The notes beneath the pieces were generated by a model that was not told the origin of the DNA, did no database searches, and was given only the letters and a program-made list of their open reading frames with translations. The translations under genes were made by a program, and so were the position numbers. Below, piece by piece: positions 53,101-64,000 of a DNA stretch of 64,000 bases (within the stretch, counting starts at the first letter, position 1; every line of letters begins with the position of its first letter). This DNA is from Raillietiella orientalis (lineage: Eukaryota): NCBI GenBank assembly GCA_036172245.1, contig JAYWIR010000023.1, positions 2,170,001 to 2,234,000 on the forward strand, given 5' to 3'.

Positions 53101-54655
53101 ACGCACGTCACTGCGCATGCCTGGGGTTGCGCTCGTATGACGCAAGTGGAGCTCCGGCAGCAGGCAGTCCGCGCCTTACCGCAGCTGCGCGTGGCGTGGT
53201 TGCGCTGTGGTGGCGACTGGCTGTCCTTCGCGCGTAGCCGCCGCCGCGCGTGCGACTTCCCACGCTCGCACGGGCGTGAAACCTGCGTAAGAAAGCGTGA
53301 CACACGTGAGAGCAGGAGAGCGGGGTCGGGTCGGGTCGTCTGCCGCCCGCGTGCTCGTTTCCCCCCCCCCCCCCACGCACACACACCCTCGAGGGACTGC
53401 GTATATGCCTGCCTCAGCTGCTCCCGGTTCCTCCCTCCGAGGGAGGACAGCAGTTCTCTCCCCGCCTCCGTCCCTCCCGGTCTCGAACCAGACGCCCGGC
53501 GGTTCTCCCTCTCCCCTCTTCCCGCGCTTCCCGCCGTTGCACGAGGAACCGCGGGAGGCAGGAAGACGCCAGCTGCTCCTCCTCGCTCCTTCCCTCCCTT
53601 TCCGGAACCAGACCCCTAGGAAGCTCCTGTCAGGGTCTTCCCTCGGACCGTGTGAGAGAGTAGCGTGCCTCTCACGCAGGAACTTGGCCGCGGCCTCTTG
53701 AGCAACCCGGCGGTGGGAGGAAGGGGAGGGGAAGGGGTCGTTTCCCGGAGATTCTTGGTGGTGTGGTAGGCGCAGCGCGCGCGTCCTCCTCCCCGCCCAC
53801 CCAACCACGCAGAAGACATACCTGTACGAGGGAGGTCTCTTCTCGCACAGTTCGACGTTTCCATGGAGTCCGCTCTCGTGGCGTCCCTTCATCTCGGCCA
53901 CCGACGGCAGCGGGCGGGCGACACAGACTGAGCGGTCTTTCTGGCGGTAGCCAAGTCACGAGCCGCGCGGGTCTTCACTTGACCTTGGTCGCTGCAGTCG
54001 AGGCAGGAGGAGGAAGAGAAAGGGTGGGGGGCAGGGATGGAAGGGGGAGGAGGAGAGCGGGAGAGAGCACCCCCTCTTCCTCCTCCGTTCCTTGCTCGCA
54101 GTTTGCGCACACGCCTCTTTTCCTTTTGACCTCCTCCTTCCGGACTCGAGCGGTTTCCAAGAAGATGGTCACGTTTCGGAAGCCCCTCCTTTCCTCCCCC
54201 CCCGGAAAGCGGGGGGTCCCCGGAGCGAATCGAATGGCCTCCTCCCGCATGAGGCTCTGGAGGGCGCGGCGGCCGCGAGCGAAGAGCTCGTCCCGGCACT
54301 CATCTCTCCGTTCCCCGAGGGGTCGCTGTCCCAGGCGCTCTTGGGCCATATCCCCGTTGCCGCGGGTCACGCTGTCGCTCGGGAGTTGAGGGTGATGGCC
54401 GAGTGCGCGCGCCGCCATCCTCCCCAAGCACGGGAGCGCGCGCGCGGCTTCGTCTTTGGGGAACCTCAGAGGACAGGCAACGGGAAGACGTCCCCCTCCC
54501 CTACCCACCCCCCCACCCCACGAGTCCTAGCGATCCTCTCCGCAGTGGCCGTGCACCGCTCGTTGCAGTCTCCGGGAGGGAGGGAGGGGGAGGACCGGAC
54601 ATCCCCCGCGGAGGGCACTCCAGGGAAAAGGGTGCCTCCTCCGCTGCCCTCGGAA

Positions 54656-55384
54656 GTGCTTCTTGAAGCCTCCTCTCACCTTCACCTCCCTTCCTCCTTA
54701 CGTGCCTCCTCCCTGCCCACGCGCGAGGGATGCGCAGTCTGTCCGGAAGAGGGGAGGGGGGAGAGGAGAGCGAAGAGGGAGATGCCCGGAGGCGGCGTCA
54801 ACACGTGCCGCTGGAGCCCATTCGCTCCTGAAGGAAGGGAGGAGAGGATGGGACCGCTGATTTTTCCTACCCTCCTTGCACGCTCCCCAGCTTCCCCCTC
54901 CTCCTTCCCCTTCGCCCGAGCTCTTCGCAGTAGCCGACGGGGATGCGGACGGAGAGAGAAAGGTCCCCGTGTCCCTGGAGCTTCCGGCTGAGCCCAGAGG
55001 GAGATGGCGGCTGCGACCGCGGGAAGAAAAGGGACCGGGTGGGCGATCAACGAAACCATTTCCAAGGGGGAAGGAGGGGAAGTGAGGAGCTCCCTTCGCT
55101 CTGCATCGAGGCGGGAGCCAGTCCGCGCCCGAAGCGTCCCTCTCCTCGCGCCTCTGCGCTGCCCGGGGAGCGTCCTCTAGCCCACCGCGTTCCTTCGGGC
55201 TGCTGCCAGTTGCTTGGAGGACAATCCGATCTAAACGCATGAATTTAACTTTAATGTGCCGAACGCGCTCTTTGTACGTAGGACCTCCCCTCTTCCGGAC
55301 GGACTGCGCATCTCTCGGGCGTGGGCAGGGGGAAGCGCTTAAGGAGGAAGGGAGGTGAAGGTGAGAGGAGACTTTCAGAAGCAC
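54656..55384. repeat. Inverted repeat pair, about 102 bp arms (54656-54757 and 55284-55384)
   Basis: CTCCTCTCACCTTCACCTCCCTTCCTCCTTA...GATGCGCAGTC.GTCCGGAAGAGGGGAGG is present on both strands, with about 10 differences by eye. Confidence 0.9.
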
Positions 55385-57814
55385 AGCGTTCCTTCGGGCT
55401 GCTGCCTTTGCCCATGGAGACGCTCCTCCGCTACTGCAGACCGGGAGCTGTGTTACTGCCGCATCTACAACGAAGGGGTCGCACGGCGGCGCGTCCCCCC
55501 TCCCTCCCGTCCCTTCCTTTCCGACCCGCCAGCGCGACCTCCGCTACGAACCGGTAGATCCCGTCGCGTACCAGGAGCATTCACTGTTCCCTGCCCCACC
55601 CTCTTCCTTTCAAGCCGCTTCGGTGACCGCAATCTACGGGCCGCTGTTCGGCCCCTCCGCCGCCGAGCAAGCCCGCAGCCTTTGAGCGGCAACACTCCTG
55701 CGGATTGCGGGAGCTCCAGATGCCAGCGGAGGAGATCGCCCCCCTCGGATGACCTCTTTCAGGGGGCGCACGCTCCGCCCCACCGGGGTCTCCATGACGA
55801 AGGTAGCGTGCCGGGGACGGGAAGAGTCCGACCGAACTCGGAGACACCCGGACTCTCCCGGACAGCCTCCACCCGAGCAGCGGTCCCCATCCTGGGGCCT
55901 AGGGGGTCGTGCGTGCCTGCCTTGGAGTCCCCCTCCCTTCTCGTCCGCTTGCAGTCTATGCCGGGCAGGGAACTGCTTCTCCATGAATCTCTTGGGAGGG
56001 GTCCCGCATAGACCAGTCCGATCCCTGCCTCCGGCCGCGGGTGCCGCCGCCTCTCATCCCAGAAGCGGCAGGGCACGGGTCGCGACGATCCTGAGGGCAG
56101 GTGGCGGCACCGCGCGGACCGAAGGGGAAGTCGAATCCGAATGCCGGTGCCACCCCTATTCATCCCGCCCCACCCCCCAGACCTGGAGCTTGAGACTCGT
56201 CCTTGTTTGCCCTTGTTCACCGAGCCGCCGCCAGTCCCCGAGACTTCTCTGTTTACAGCGTGGAAGGGGGGGGGGGGGGGGGGAAGAGGCCGCAAACAGA
56301 GGGAGGGACCGCAATTCCGCCGCCCTAATGAAACGGCGCCCCGCCGTATTTCCGCTTCCGCAGCGCCGAGTGGAGCCCGGCGGAGATCCTCTGCGCGCAC
56401 CTCGCCCGACTCTCCCCGTCGCAGCCCGATGATCGCCGCGCCTCTTGCCGTGTCCCCCCTCCTCCCCGGGGAACCGCGGAGTCCCGCGGGCGTCTCCTGC
56501 CATCGCCGCCTCCTCGAGGATCCTCTGCAAAGCTCCACGGATCCGAGCGCGGGATGCTGCGTCCGCCCGACCCGCCCTCGTAGGGCGAGGTCGCGGACCA
56601 GAGCGTTGCTGGAAATCATCTCTCTTTGTGGACACATGCGAAAGGAAGCACGCGTCCAGCTCCAGTCCACTGGAAGCAGCGGTGAGTGTACATTATTCAG
56701 GACGGATGTATACTTAATGAGCCACTCTCCTTCCACGGAACACGTTTGTATTACACTGGACGCAGTGTACAATATTCATAATGCCTCCTTTTAAATTAAT
56801 GATACACCTCGATTCATGAAAACCGCTCATGTTTCGGGATGCTGGTGGATGTACACAATTACGTAAAGGAACGAGCGACGAATAGTGGACATCCCTCGCG
56901 CCCTGCAAGCGCGACGCATCCTCTTCCCCGAGGCGCTCGGAATTCTCGTGCACCGCTCCCGATGTGGCGGCGCGCAGGGACGAACCGGTGCGGGAGGGGG
57001 CGTTTTTGAGGCGAGACCCTCCCCCCTACGACTCACGCGCCGTTCCGCGCGCGCAAAAAATGCACACGCGGGGCTCGATCCGTACCCGCGGTGCGCGCGT
57101 GGCGTGACAAACACGGAGTGAAGGTGACGATGCTTGCGTGCAGCTCTGCGAGTGCGACGCGGATCGTGAGCACGCCGCAGCCGCGGGAGCTCGTAGGCAT
57201 GGCAACCCATTGACCACTGGCATGAATCCCGACCTCCGCGCCAGGGCTCAGAAGTGGAGTCTCTTCCTCCTTCCCTTCCCCCCCTCCCTCTTCTTCTTGC
57301 CCCTCGGCGCCGCGCGATCCTCTGGCTCTCAAACGCCGCCTGCACTTTGCGGCGAGCGCCCCTTGCGACGGACCTCGGAAACAGAGGGGAGAAGGAGGCG
57401 GAGCCCCGGCGGTGAGAAGAGTCCCTCCCGAGGACCGACCCCACCGCCCTCCGTATCGCCTGCTAAGGCCCCACAACGTCCCATTCCGCCGTTTCTCCCC
57501 CGAAGGTGGAGTGGCTCCCCCTCTGCTCGTGCCCAGAACCGCCCGAGGCGTCAGAGAAACTCGGTCCAAGAGGAGGCTGGCTCTCTTCACTCTTCGCCTT
57601 GGAAGGGGGACGGGGCAGGGGTAGAGCACTTCTTCCCTCCATCCTCATTGTCGGAAGAAGGAGAAGCGCCGCCAGCCGAGTTTCCCTGTGCCCACGTCCT
57701 TACCGATCCTGGACGCCCCGCCCCAAGGAGGGGCCGGAGATAGGGGGACGATGGCCTTCGGGAAGAAGAGGGAAGCGTCGCGCTCCCTCCCCTCCTCCTC
57801 GCGGTTCCTTGCCC

Positions 57815-58527
57815 TGGAGACGGGGAAGAGACAGCCTGCTCCGCCACGGCCAAGCCAACTCCACGGCACCTCTGACGACTTCTCCCGAAAGTTTCCTTGC
57901 ACCTTCGCAAGATCGTGCGCCCCGTCGGCAGCAGCAGCAAGAGGAAGAGGAACAGGAGAAGAAGAAGCAGGAGGAGGGGAGGTGTCTTTGAACTTCATCC
58001 ACGCGTATGCCTGCGGCAGCTCTTCCCGAAGCGACGCGGTCTGGGCTGCTCTGGTTTGGTCATCGGAGGTGCGGGGGGCGGGACGGGTCACGAGGGCTCA
58101 GAGGGCGCGTCCGAGCAAAGGAACGGAGGGATGAGACACCGAGGAGCACCCTCCGCCTCTTTCCGGTTCGGGATGCGTTCGGAGGAAGAGAAGAGAAGGG
58201 AGCGGAGAGGGGGAGGGGCGGTACTTAAATCGCCGAACTCCGGGGCGCGCGAGATGATCCCGCTGTCTCCGAGCCAAAGCACGTCTGTCTTCTGCGCGCG
58301 GTCTCCTGGAACTCTTTCCCACCGTCCCGCGACCGTAGTCCCTTGCAGAGCAGCGGGAGAAGGAGGAACAAGCACCCCTGCTCCTGCTCTTCCTCCTCTT
58401 GCCGCTGCTGCCGATGGGGCTCACGATCTTGCGAAGGCGCGCGGAAACCTACAGGAGAAGTCGCCAGGGGTTCCGTGGGGTTGGGTCTTGGCCGTGGCGG
58501 AGCAGGCTGTCGCTTCCCCGGTCTCCA
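57815..58527. repeat. Inverted repeat pair, about 150 bp arms (57815-57961 and 58378-58527)
   Basis: GACAGCCTGCTCCGCCACGGCCAAG and CCTTCGCAAGATCGTG..CCC..TCGGCAGCAGC occur on opposite strands. Mirrored peptides (AAAADGAHDLAK) appear in ORFs 57645- and 57897+. Confidence 0.9.
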
Positions 58528-61500
58528 AGAAAACAGCGTCTTCCTCCTCCTCCTCTTCTCTCCCTTCTCTCCTTCCTCCTGTTTCTTCTCCTCCCTCCTT
58601 TCACTTCTTCTCCTCCTCCGTCTCCTTCTCTTCCTCCCCTCCTCGACTTCTCTGAGCTGCACCACCCTTGCCAAGAGAGGGCGCAAGAAAAGAAGGGGAG
58701 GGGAGATGCGAAGACCGCCGTCTGTGGTTCGCCGTCCTCCTGAATGACCTCGCCGCGTGCAACCTTGACGTTCAGCGGCGAGAATCCCTGCGGATTGCGG
58801 ATGCGCCCTGGTCGTGGCTCGCTCGCCCTCCGCCTTCCCCTGTCAGGGGGACGAGGCAGGAGGGGGTGATGGCCAGCCCGGAGACATCGACAGTGTAGAG
58901 AGATGCGTCACCCTACCACCAGAATCTCCGATTCCCCCTTCCTTGGCCGCGGGTGCGTGCAGAGGAAGGGAGGGAGGAGAGGAATGCGGTCCCCCCCTTG
59001 CTGCAAGGGGCACTACGACCGCTCGTTGCCTCCTCCTCCCCTCTCTTGCCTTCTCATCGCCTGTAGGCGCTAGGGCTCCGGCAGTTCACCGGATGGCGCA
59101 GTCTTCTCATCCCAGCTGCAGAAAAGGCATCAGTGGGGGCCAATCCTTCTCCCACTTCTGCTAATCTCGAGAACGGCGCAACTGATGATGGTGGTGAAGA
59201 TGAAGATAACGATGACGCTATCGATCTGTTTGATGCTGATGCTAATGGGCTGATGAGCCACCGCTGCTGGTGGGGGGGTGGCAACGATGGGGACGAGCGG
59301 CGACGGCGACGACGTCGTTTCGGTCCGTTTCGAGTAGGATGGCTGCCATGGAGACGCCTCCGTCCCCGGATTACCCGAAGTGAACGGGGGAGAGGGGGAG
59401 AGGCGAGACCGATCTGCTTCTCCCGCCCTGGATAGTCTCCCTGCGCTTCTCCTTCAGAGCGGCAAGGAGTGCCTCCTGGAGAATCCCCTTGCCACGTGGT
59501 TTCCCGCCGTCCCGACCTTTCCCACTACTTCCTCCCTTCCCTTTCCCCCTCGTCCGTCGCATCTTCGTGGCGTAGCGCCTCTTCCTCGGTTCACTTCCCC
59601 CTTTCCCTTCCTTGTCGACGGAGGAGTGCACCCTGTCTGAAAGCAAGGGGGGACGGAGGGGAAGGACCGAGACTCTCCCCTCGCGTCTCAGAGCAGTCGA
59701 CGGAACCATAGTTCCGCCAGGCTCCACTCGAAGAGAAGGCGGAGGCGGGGTACCAACAGTCTGAGGCTCCGTTGCCGTTGAGAACCGACGGGAGGCTTCG
59801 CGAGGAGGGTGGGGAAGCGAGCGATCTGTCAGGAAGTGCGCTGCTGCGGAGGCTGCTCGCAGACATGACCAATTTTGAATGCGCCTCGCCCCGCCGCTGG
59901 TGCCGCGAGAACAATGGGTGCGTCCTATGGCCGTGTCCAGCGCGGGGACGCGACTCTGCCAGCTCTCCTCCCTGTTTCTCTTCTTCTTCCTCCTCCTCCT
60001 CCTCCTTCTTCTTTTTCGCTTACCCTCCCCTCCCGCGGGGCTCTCCTTTCCAGAGGAGCTCCACAGCCCGGCTCAACAGGGAGACACGTTGCCTGGCGGG
60101 GCTCCAGGAGCTGAGGAGCCTTGCCCTTGCCCTTCGCGCGGCTCGCCTTCCCAGGGCCAAGAAGTCGCTCTCTTCATCTCTCCTCCCTCTCCTTCATCTC
60201 AGTCCTCTCTTCATCCTCCTCCTGGTCCCGACGCCCCCTCGGAATCGCTCTCTCCTCCCTCCTTCCTTTTCCTCCCCCGTCCTATCCCTGCTGCTGCAGA
60301 GTCTCTTCCGAAAACTTCCCGCTGCCTCCGACCGGCGCCACCATCCTCTTGCCGTGGGCACCGCTCGCAGCCGTTCCACCTCCGCGATATCGAGGGGTGG
60401 CGCGAGAGAGAATTCTCGTGAGAGCCGCAGGCGAACAAGGGGGGGGTGGCCGGAGAGAAAGGCCGAGGATCGCGAGAGAGAGCGCCTTTCGGGACCTGCA
60501 GCGGTTCGGCAGGGAAGGCCGATCTATGCCAGCAGGTGTGCAGACCAGGATGAGGGATGATCCATTCTGGTCCCTCTTATTCCTTACCGAAGGGGGGGAA
60601 GGAGGAACGGTTGTGGTGACGACGCTGATGCTGATATGTACGGGAACGACGGTGACCATGGCGAAGCCGGTGGCACGCCTCTTGCTGGTATGTATGGCTG
60701 TCACAACGCCGATGGAGGCGATTACTGTGGTCATATTGAAGACAAAAAAATCGATGACGGCGGCGAAGATGATGGTGGCGATGATAGCAACAGGACATGT
60801 GCCGCTGTTGCTTCTCGAGTGGCGATGGAGACGATGATGAGGGTTATGAAGGGGAGGAAGGTTAGAAGGGAAAAAAAGAGGGAGAGCACCCACCAACGAA
60901 AAAGAGAGGCCGGGGAAATTCCGTTTTTTTCTTTTTTTCCTTTGATGAGAATAAACGTTACGGCTTACTACAAGAAGAGCAGCATCGAATCCTGGTGCTG
61001 GTCCATCTCGTGCACTCTGTCGGACGTGTCCTTGTCGGTCCTTTCGAACAACGGGACACAGCTGGAGCTTTCCTCCTGCTACACAGCTGCGCCGCACTTT
61101 TCTGCCCTCAGGAAAAAAAGCTGCAACGAAAATGACGACGTCATTTCTTTTCTGGCTGCATCCTTTGGGATTGACCGGCTGCGAAGGAAAGCAGCGCTTC
61201 TGGCATGGCCGTCCTTCATCCGCGGCGGGATCGCGCTACCCTGGAGCCACCTCCCGGAACCACCTTTCCATCTTCTCCCCAGAGCTTCTCTTCCCGGAAG
61301 CTCCTCTGCTCCCGGGATCGTAGCCTCCCGCTCTTGTGACTTTTCCCTCGAAGAGGGACCTCCGCTCGTTTCCCAGTTTCCCGCGCTGGCATTGCCGGGG
61401 CTCGCGCCGACCTTTCGCCCTCTCCACTCTGGAACAGGGTGTGCTGCTGCTGCATGCGGCGAAAAGGAAGCGCAACCCGGAAAGGCGGAGGCGGGGATGC

Positions 61501-64000
61501 CACCTTGGGTCAGGAGAGGAGGCTCCAGGAATCCGGGCACCATCAGGGGAGGCGAAGGAGCGGATGTCCGGGAAAAGGAGAGAAAAGGCGGAGGTGGAAA
61601 ATGAAGAGACTCCTAACCGGGGTCCCTCCGCACAGTTGCTCTTCCAGACCCTACCCGGGGGTCTGAAAGAGGGGGTAGCTGAACGCTATCTCAGGATCAC
61701 CCAAGAAGAGCGGGCAGGAAGAAATTCATTCCCAGAAGAGCATCCTCACGACCTGCGTCTCTGATGAGAAGCAGCGCAAGCATATCGCATGTGGGCAGAG
61801 GGAGAAGGTAAGAGGAGCTCGGATGAAGGAACGCAGCATCTGGGCACGCGGTCTGGAAGAAAGGGACTCTCTTCAACGTCCGAAAGAGGCGGGAGGGAGG
61901 ATCCTCGCTTCCCTTCTTCCGCCTCGGAGACCCCCCAAGACGCAGCGATGCAGAGGCGTCCTCCTCTCAAGAAGGATCTGTCGCTCCGGGAAGCGTCTTG
62001 GTGCGGGGAGACTCTGGACAGTTGCTGCGGCCTTTGCGCCTCTGATGCGCCTCCGAGGAACTCCGCCCTCTCCCTTCTGAGGGCGTGGGCGGCATCCGTG
62101 CGCGTTCTCCTCCTTCTCCTCTTCCTTCGCCTTTCCATCTCCTGGTTGCATAGCAGCAGCAACAGTGCACGCGTGGGATGTCGGACCGGTGAGGTTGGGT
62201 TGGGGTTCCTGAGAACGCCAAGGAAAAGGATGACACAGCAGGGACGCATCTCGGGACTCCGGCGAGAACGTTCCGCTGCCGTGATAAAAAACAAAAAAAA
62301 ATGACATTATGAATCAAGTCACCTGTAAGTCAAGGAGAACGGAGAGCCGGCGTGAAGCAAAAAAGGAAGAAAGAAAGAAAAGATCATCGTTTCGAAAGAC
62401 GTCGGTGGGCAAAGGAAGGCAAAAAAATAGGAGAAAAGAAAGTCGAATCGCAAAGCACCTCTCGGAAGGCTGACCTCGCATCCCGCAAGAGAACATCCGA
62501 AGATAAGCGCGAAGAGCAGCACGCTCGCGCTGGAGGCTAACCGACAGGAGAGCGCAGCCGTTCTCGGGAACAGGAGCAGTTCCAGAGGAGGTGGAAGAGG
62601 ATAAGCGCGTGCGGGATAGACGCCTGAGCAACCATGTGGTCAGTTCCTCTCCGGGAGAACCCAGATGGGGGGGGGACGCGGGAAACGCCATCCTCCGAGG
62701 CACCACCGCGTCCCCGGGGCGATTAGAAGCCGATCGCGCTGTCAGCCATCCCAGCCGATTATCTGGACCGAACGGACCTTTTGGTTGTGTTCTTCTTTAC
62801 GCTCGGGGAGTTCTGGCCGTTCTGCCCCAGCGATCCCGAGAGCGCGCGATGGTAGTGGTGCGGTCACGGAGTCGCGGCGTGGCCGCCACCGCCACTGCTT
62901 TATCGGAGTGCCCCTGGAGCGCCTGTGCCCTCAGACGGGGTTGCTTGAGTCAGAAAGACCCACCCTTGACAACCCCCCTCCCCAACGCCCCTTCCACGGC
63001 GCCTGACGGGCGTGGAGAGCACGTAGACCACACTGCATGGAAGCCGGTCTGGACGATCCTTCAGGGATCGCCACATGAGCGCAGGAACTACGTGACACCA
63101 CCCGACGCCTGTGCGTTTCCGGCATCCCCAACACTGACATCTTCCTCCTCCTCCTCCTCACCACGACTACCATCATCTTTCTTCCTCCTCCCCTTCCCGA
63201 TGCGCTCTCGCTTCCGCGGATCTTCCGGGAGTGGTGCGTCTGCTCCCCCCTGGAAACGCACGCCGAGTACCTCCTTCAGCCCATCCGGAAATAATCCTGA
63301 GGGAAAGAGTCGCGCCAACTCCTTCGCTCTGGCACGCGTCGCGACTCCGATTTTCGCGGTCAGATCCGCCTCCGGCACCGACACACAAGCATCCGTATCC
63401 AATCAGTCTCTCGTCTCCAGCGGCCCGGAATCTCGGCGGTAGTGCGCCGCCCAAGGCCCGCCGCAATCGCTACCGGATGCTCTCATGAAACCCACCGGGA
63501 CGGTTTTCAAAAGACAAGATCTCCTTTGCTACATCCCCTGGAGCCGTTTGATGCGACCAGCTGAAGCCGGTTCGGTCCTCTGAGGCGGATCTTCGCTCCA
63601 CCCGGATGTGGGCAACTGAGAACGGCGGACGAAACCGATGGCAAGATCGCCCCCCCTCCCACCCTCCTACACACACACTCGCAGGAAACCTGGCTGGCGG
63701 TCTCTTTGCATTCCCTGACTGGCTTGCCAGTTTTCAGCCACTTTATAAAACGGCTAGGATATCTTCGTTGCTCCAACGGTACTCTTTCGAAGGAGGGATG
63801 AAGTGCGGAGACCCGAACCCCTCATCCTGCACCAGAGATTCCAGCGGACGCAAAGAGGCCTAGCAGCTCCGAATTCCCCGCTGCTTATCTTCTTGCAGGG
63901 GCCTGGAGAAGGGTGGAGGTGTTCCTCCAGGTGGAAAGAGAACGGAACTCTGAGCCTCGCAGAGGTTTCCGAATAGATCAGAGACCTCGATAACCGGCGC

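Noticed and set aside
59250..59290. Hammerhead ribozyme core (CTGATGA plus stem)
   Set aside because: No GAAA after the stem and no closing stems. It lies in a degenerate GAT/GAC trinucleotide tract.
19400..64000. Many 60-390 aa ORFs in the GC-rich compartment
   Set aside because: They overlap in all frames and are R/S/P/G-rich with no domain motifs, as expected by chance in GC-rich low-complexity DNA. Only the aquaglyceroporin exons and TE remnants are supported.
1..64000. CRISPR array, operon or prokaryotic defence system
   Set aside because: No regularly spaced repeats and no prokaryotic gene organisation were seen; the genes have spliceosomal introns.

Overview
Eukaryotic, most likely arthropod, nuclear DNA (spliceosomal introns, a Mud/NuMA-type gene, a classical aquaglyceroporin, a U4 fragment with an arthropod-like central domain). 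It has two compositional compartments: AT-rich at about 1-19 kb and GC-rich and low-complexity at about 19-64 kb. Three host genes can be built by hand: MAIP1-like (+, 2 exons), mud/NuMA-like (-, 11 exons, introns mostly 39-55 nt) and an aquaglyceroporin (-, at least 5 exons). The rest is mostly decayed mobile DNA: several copies of one L1/Tx1-like LINE family whose structured, poly(A)-less 3' ends occur as head-to-tail pairs at two loci, a gag-like zinc-knuckle ORF1 remnant, a Ricksha-like MULE, a Tc1 remnant, an R2-like remnant and tRNA-derived SINE-like heads. There is also a TSD-flanked U4 snRNA retrocopy and four local inverted duplications, one of which sits precisely inside a LINE reading frame. 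Most of the ORFs listed in the GC-rich part look spurious. No prokaryotic system or CRISPR array was seen. All assignments come from reading motifs by eye, not from database searches.
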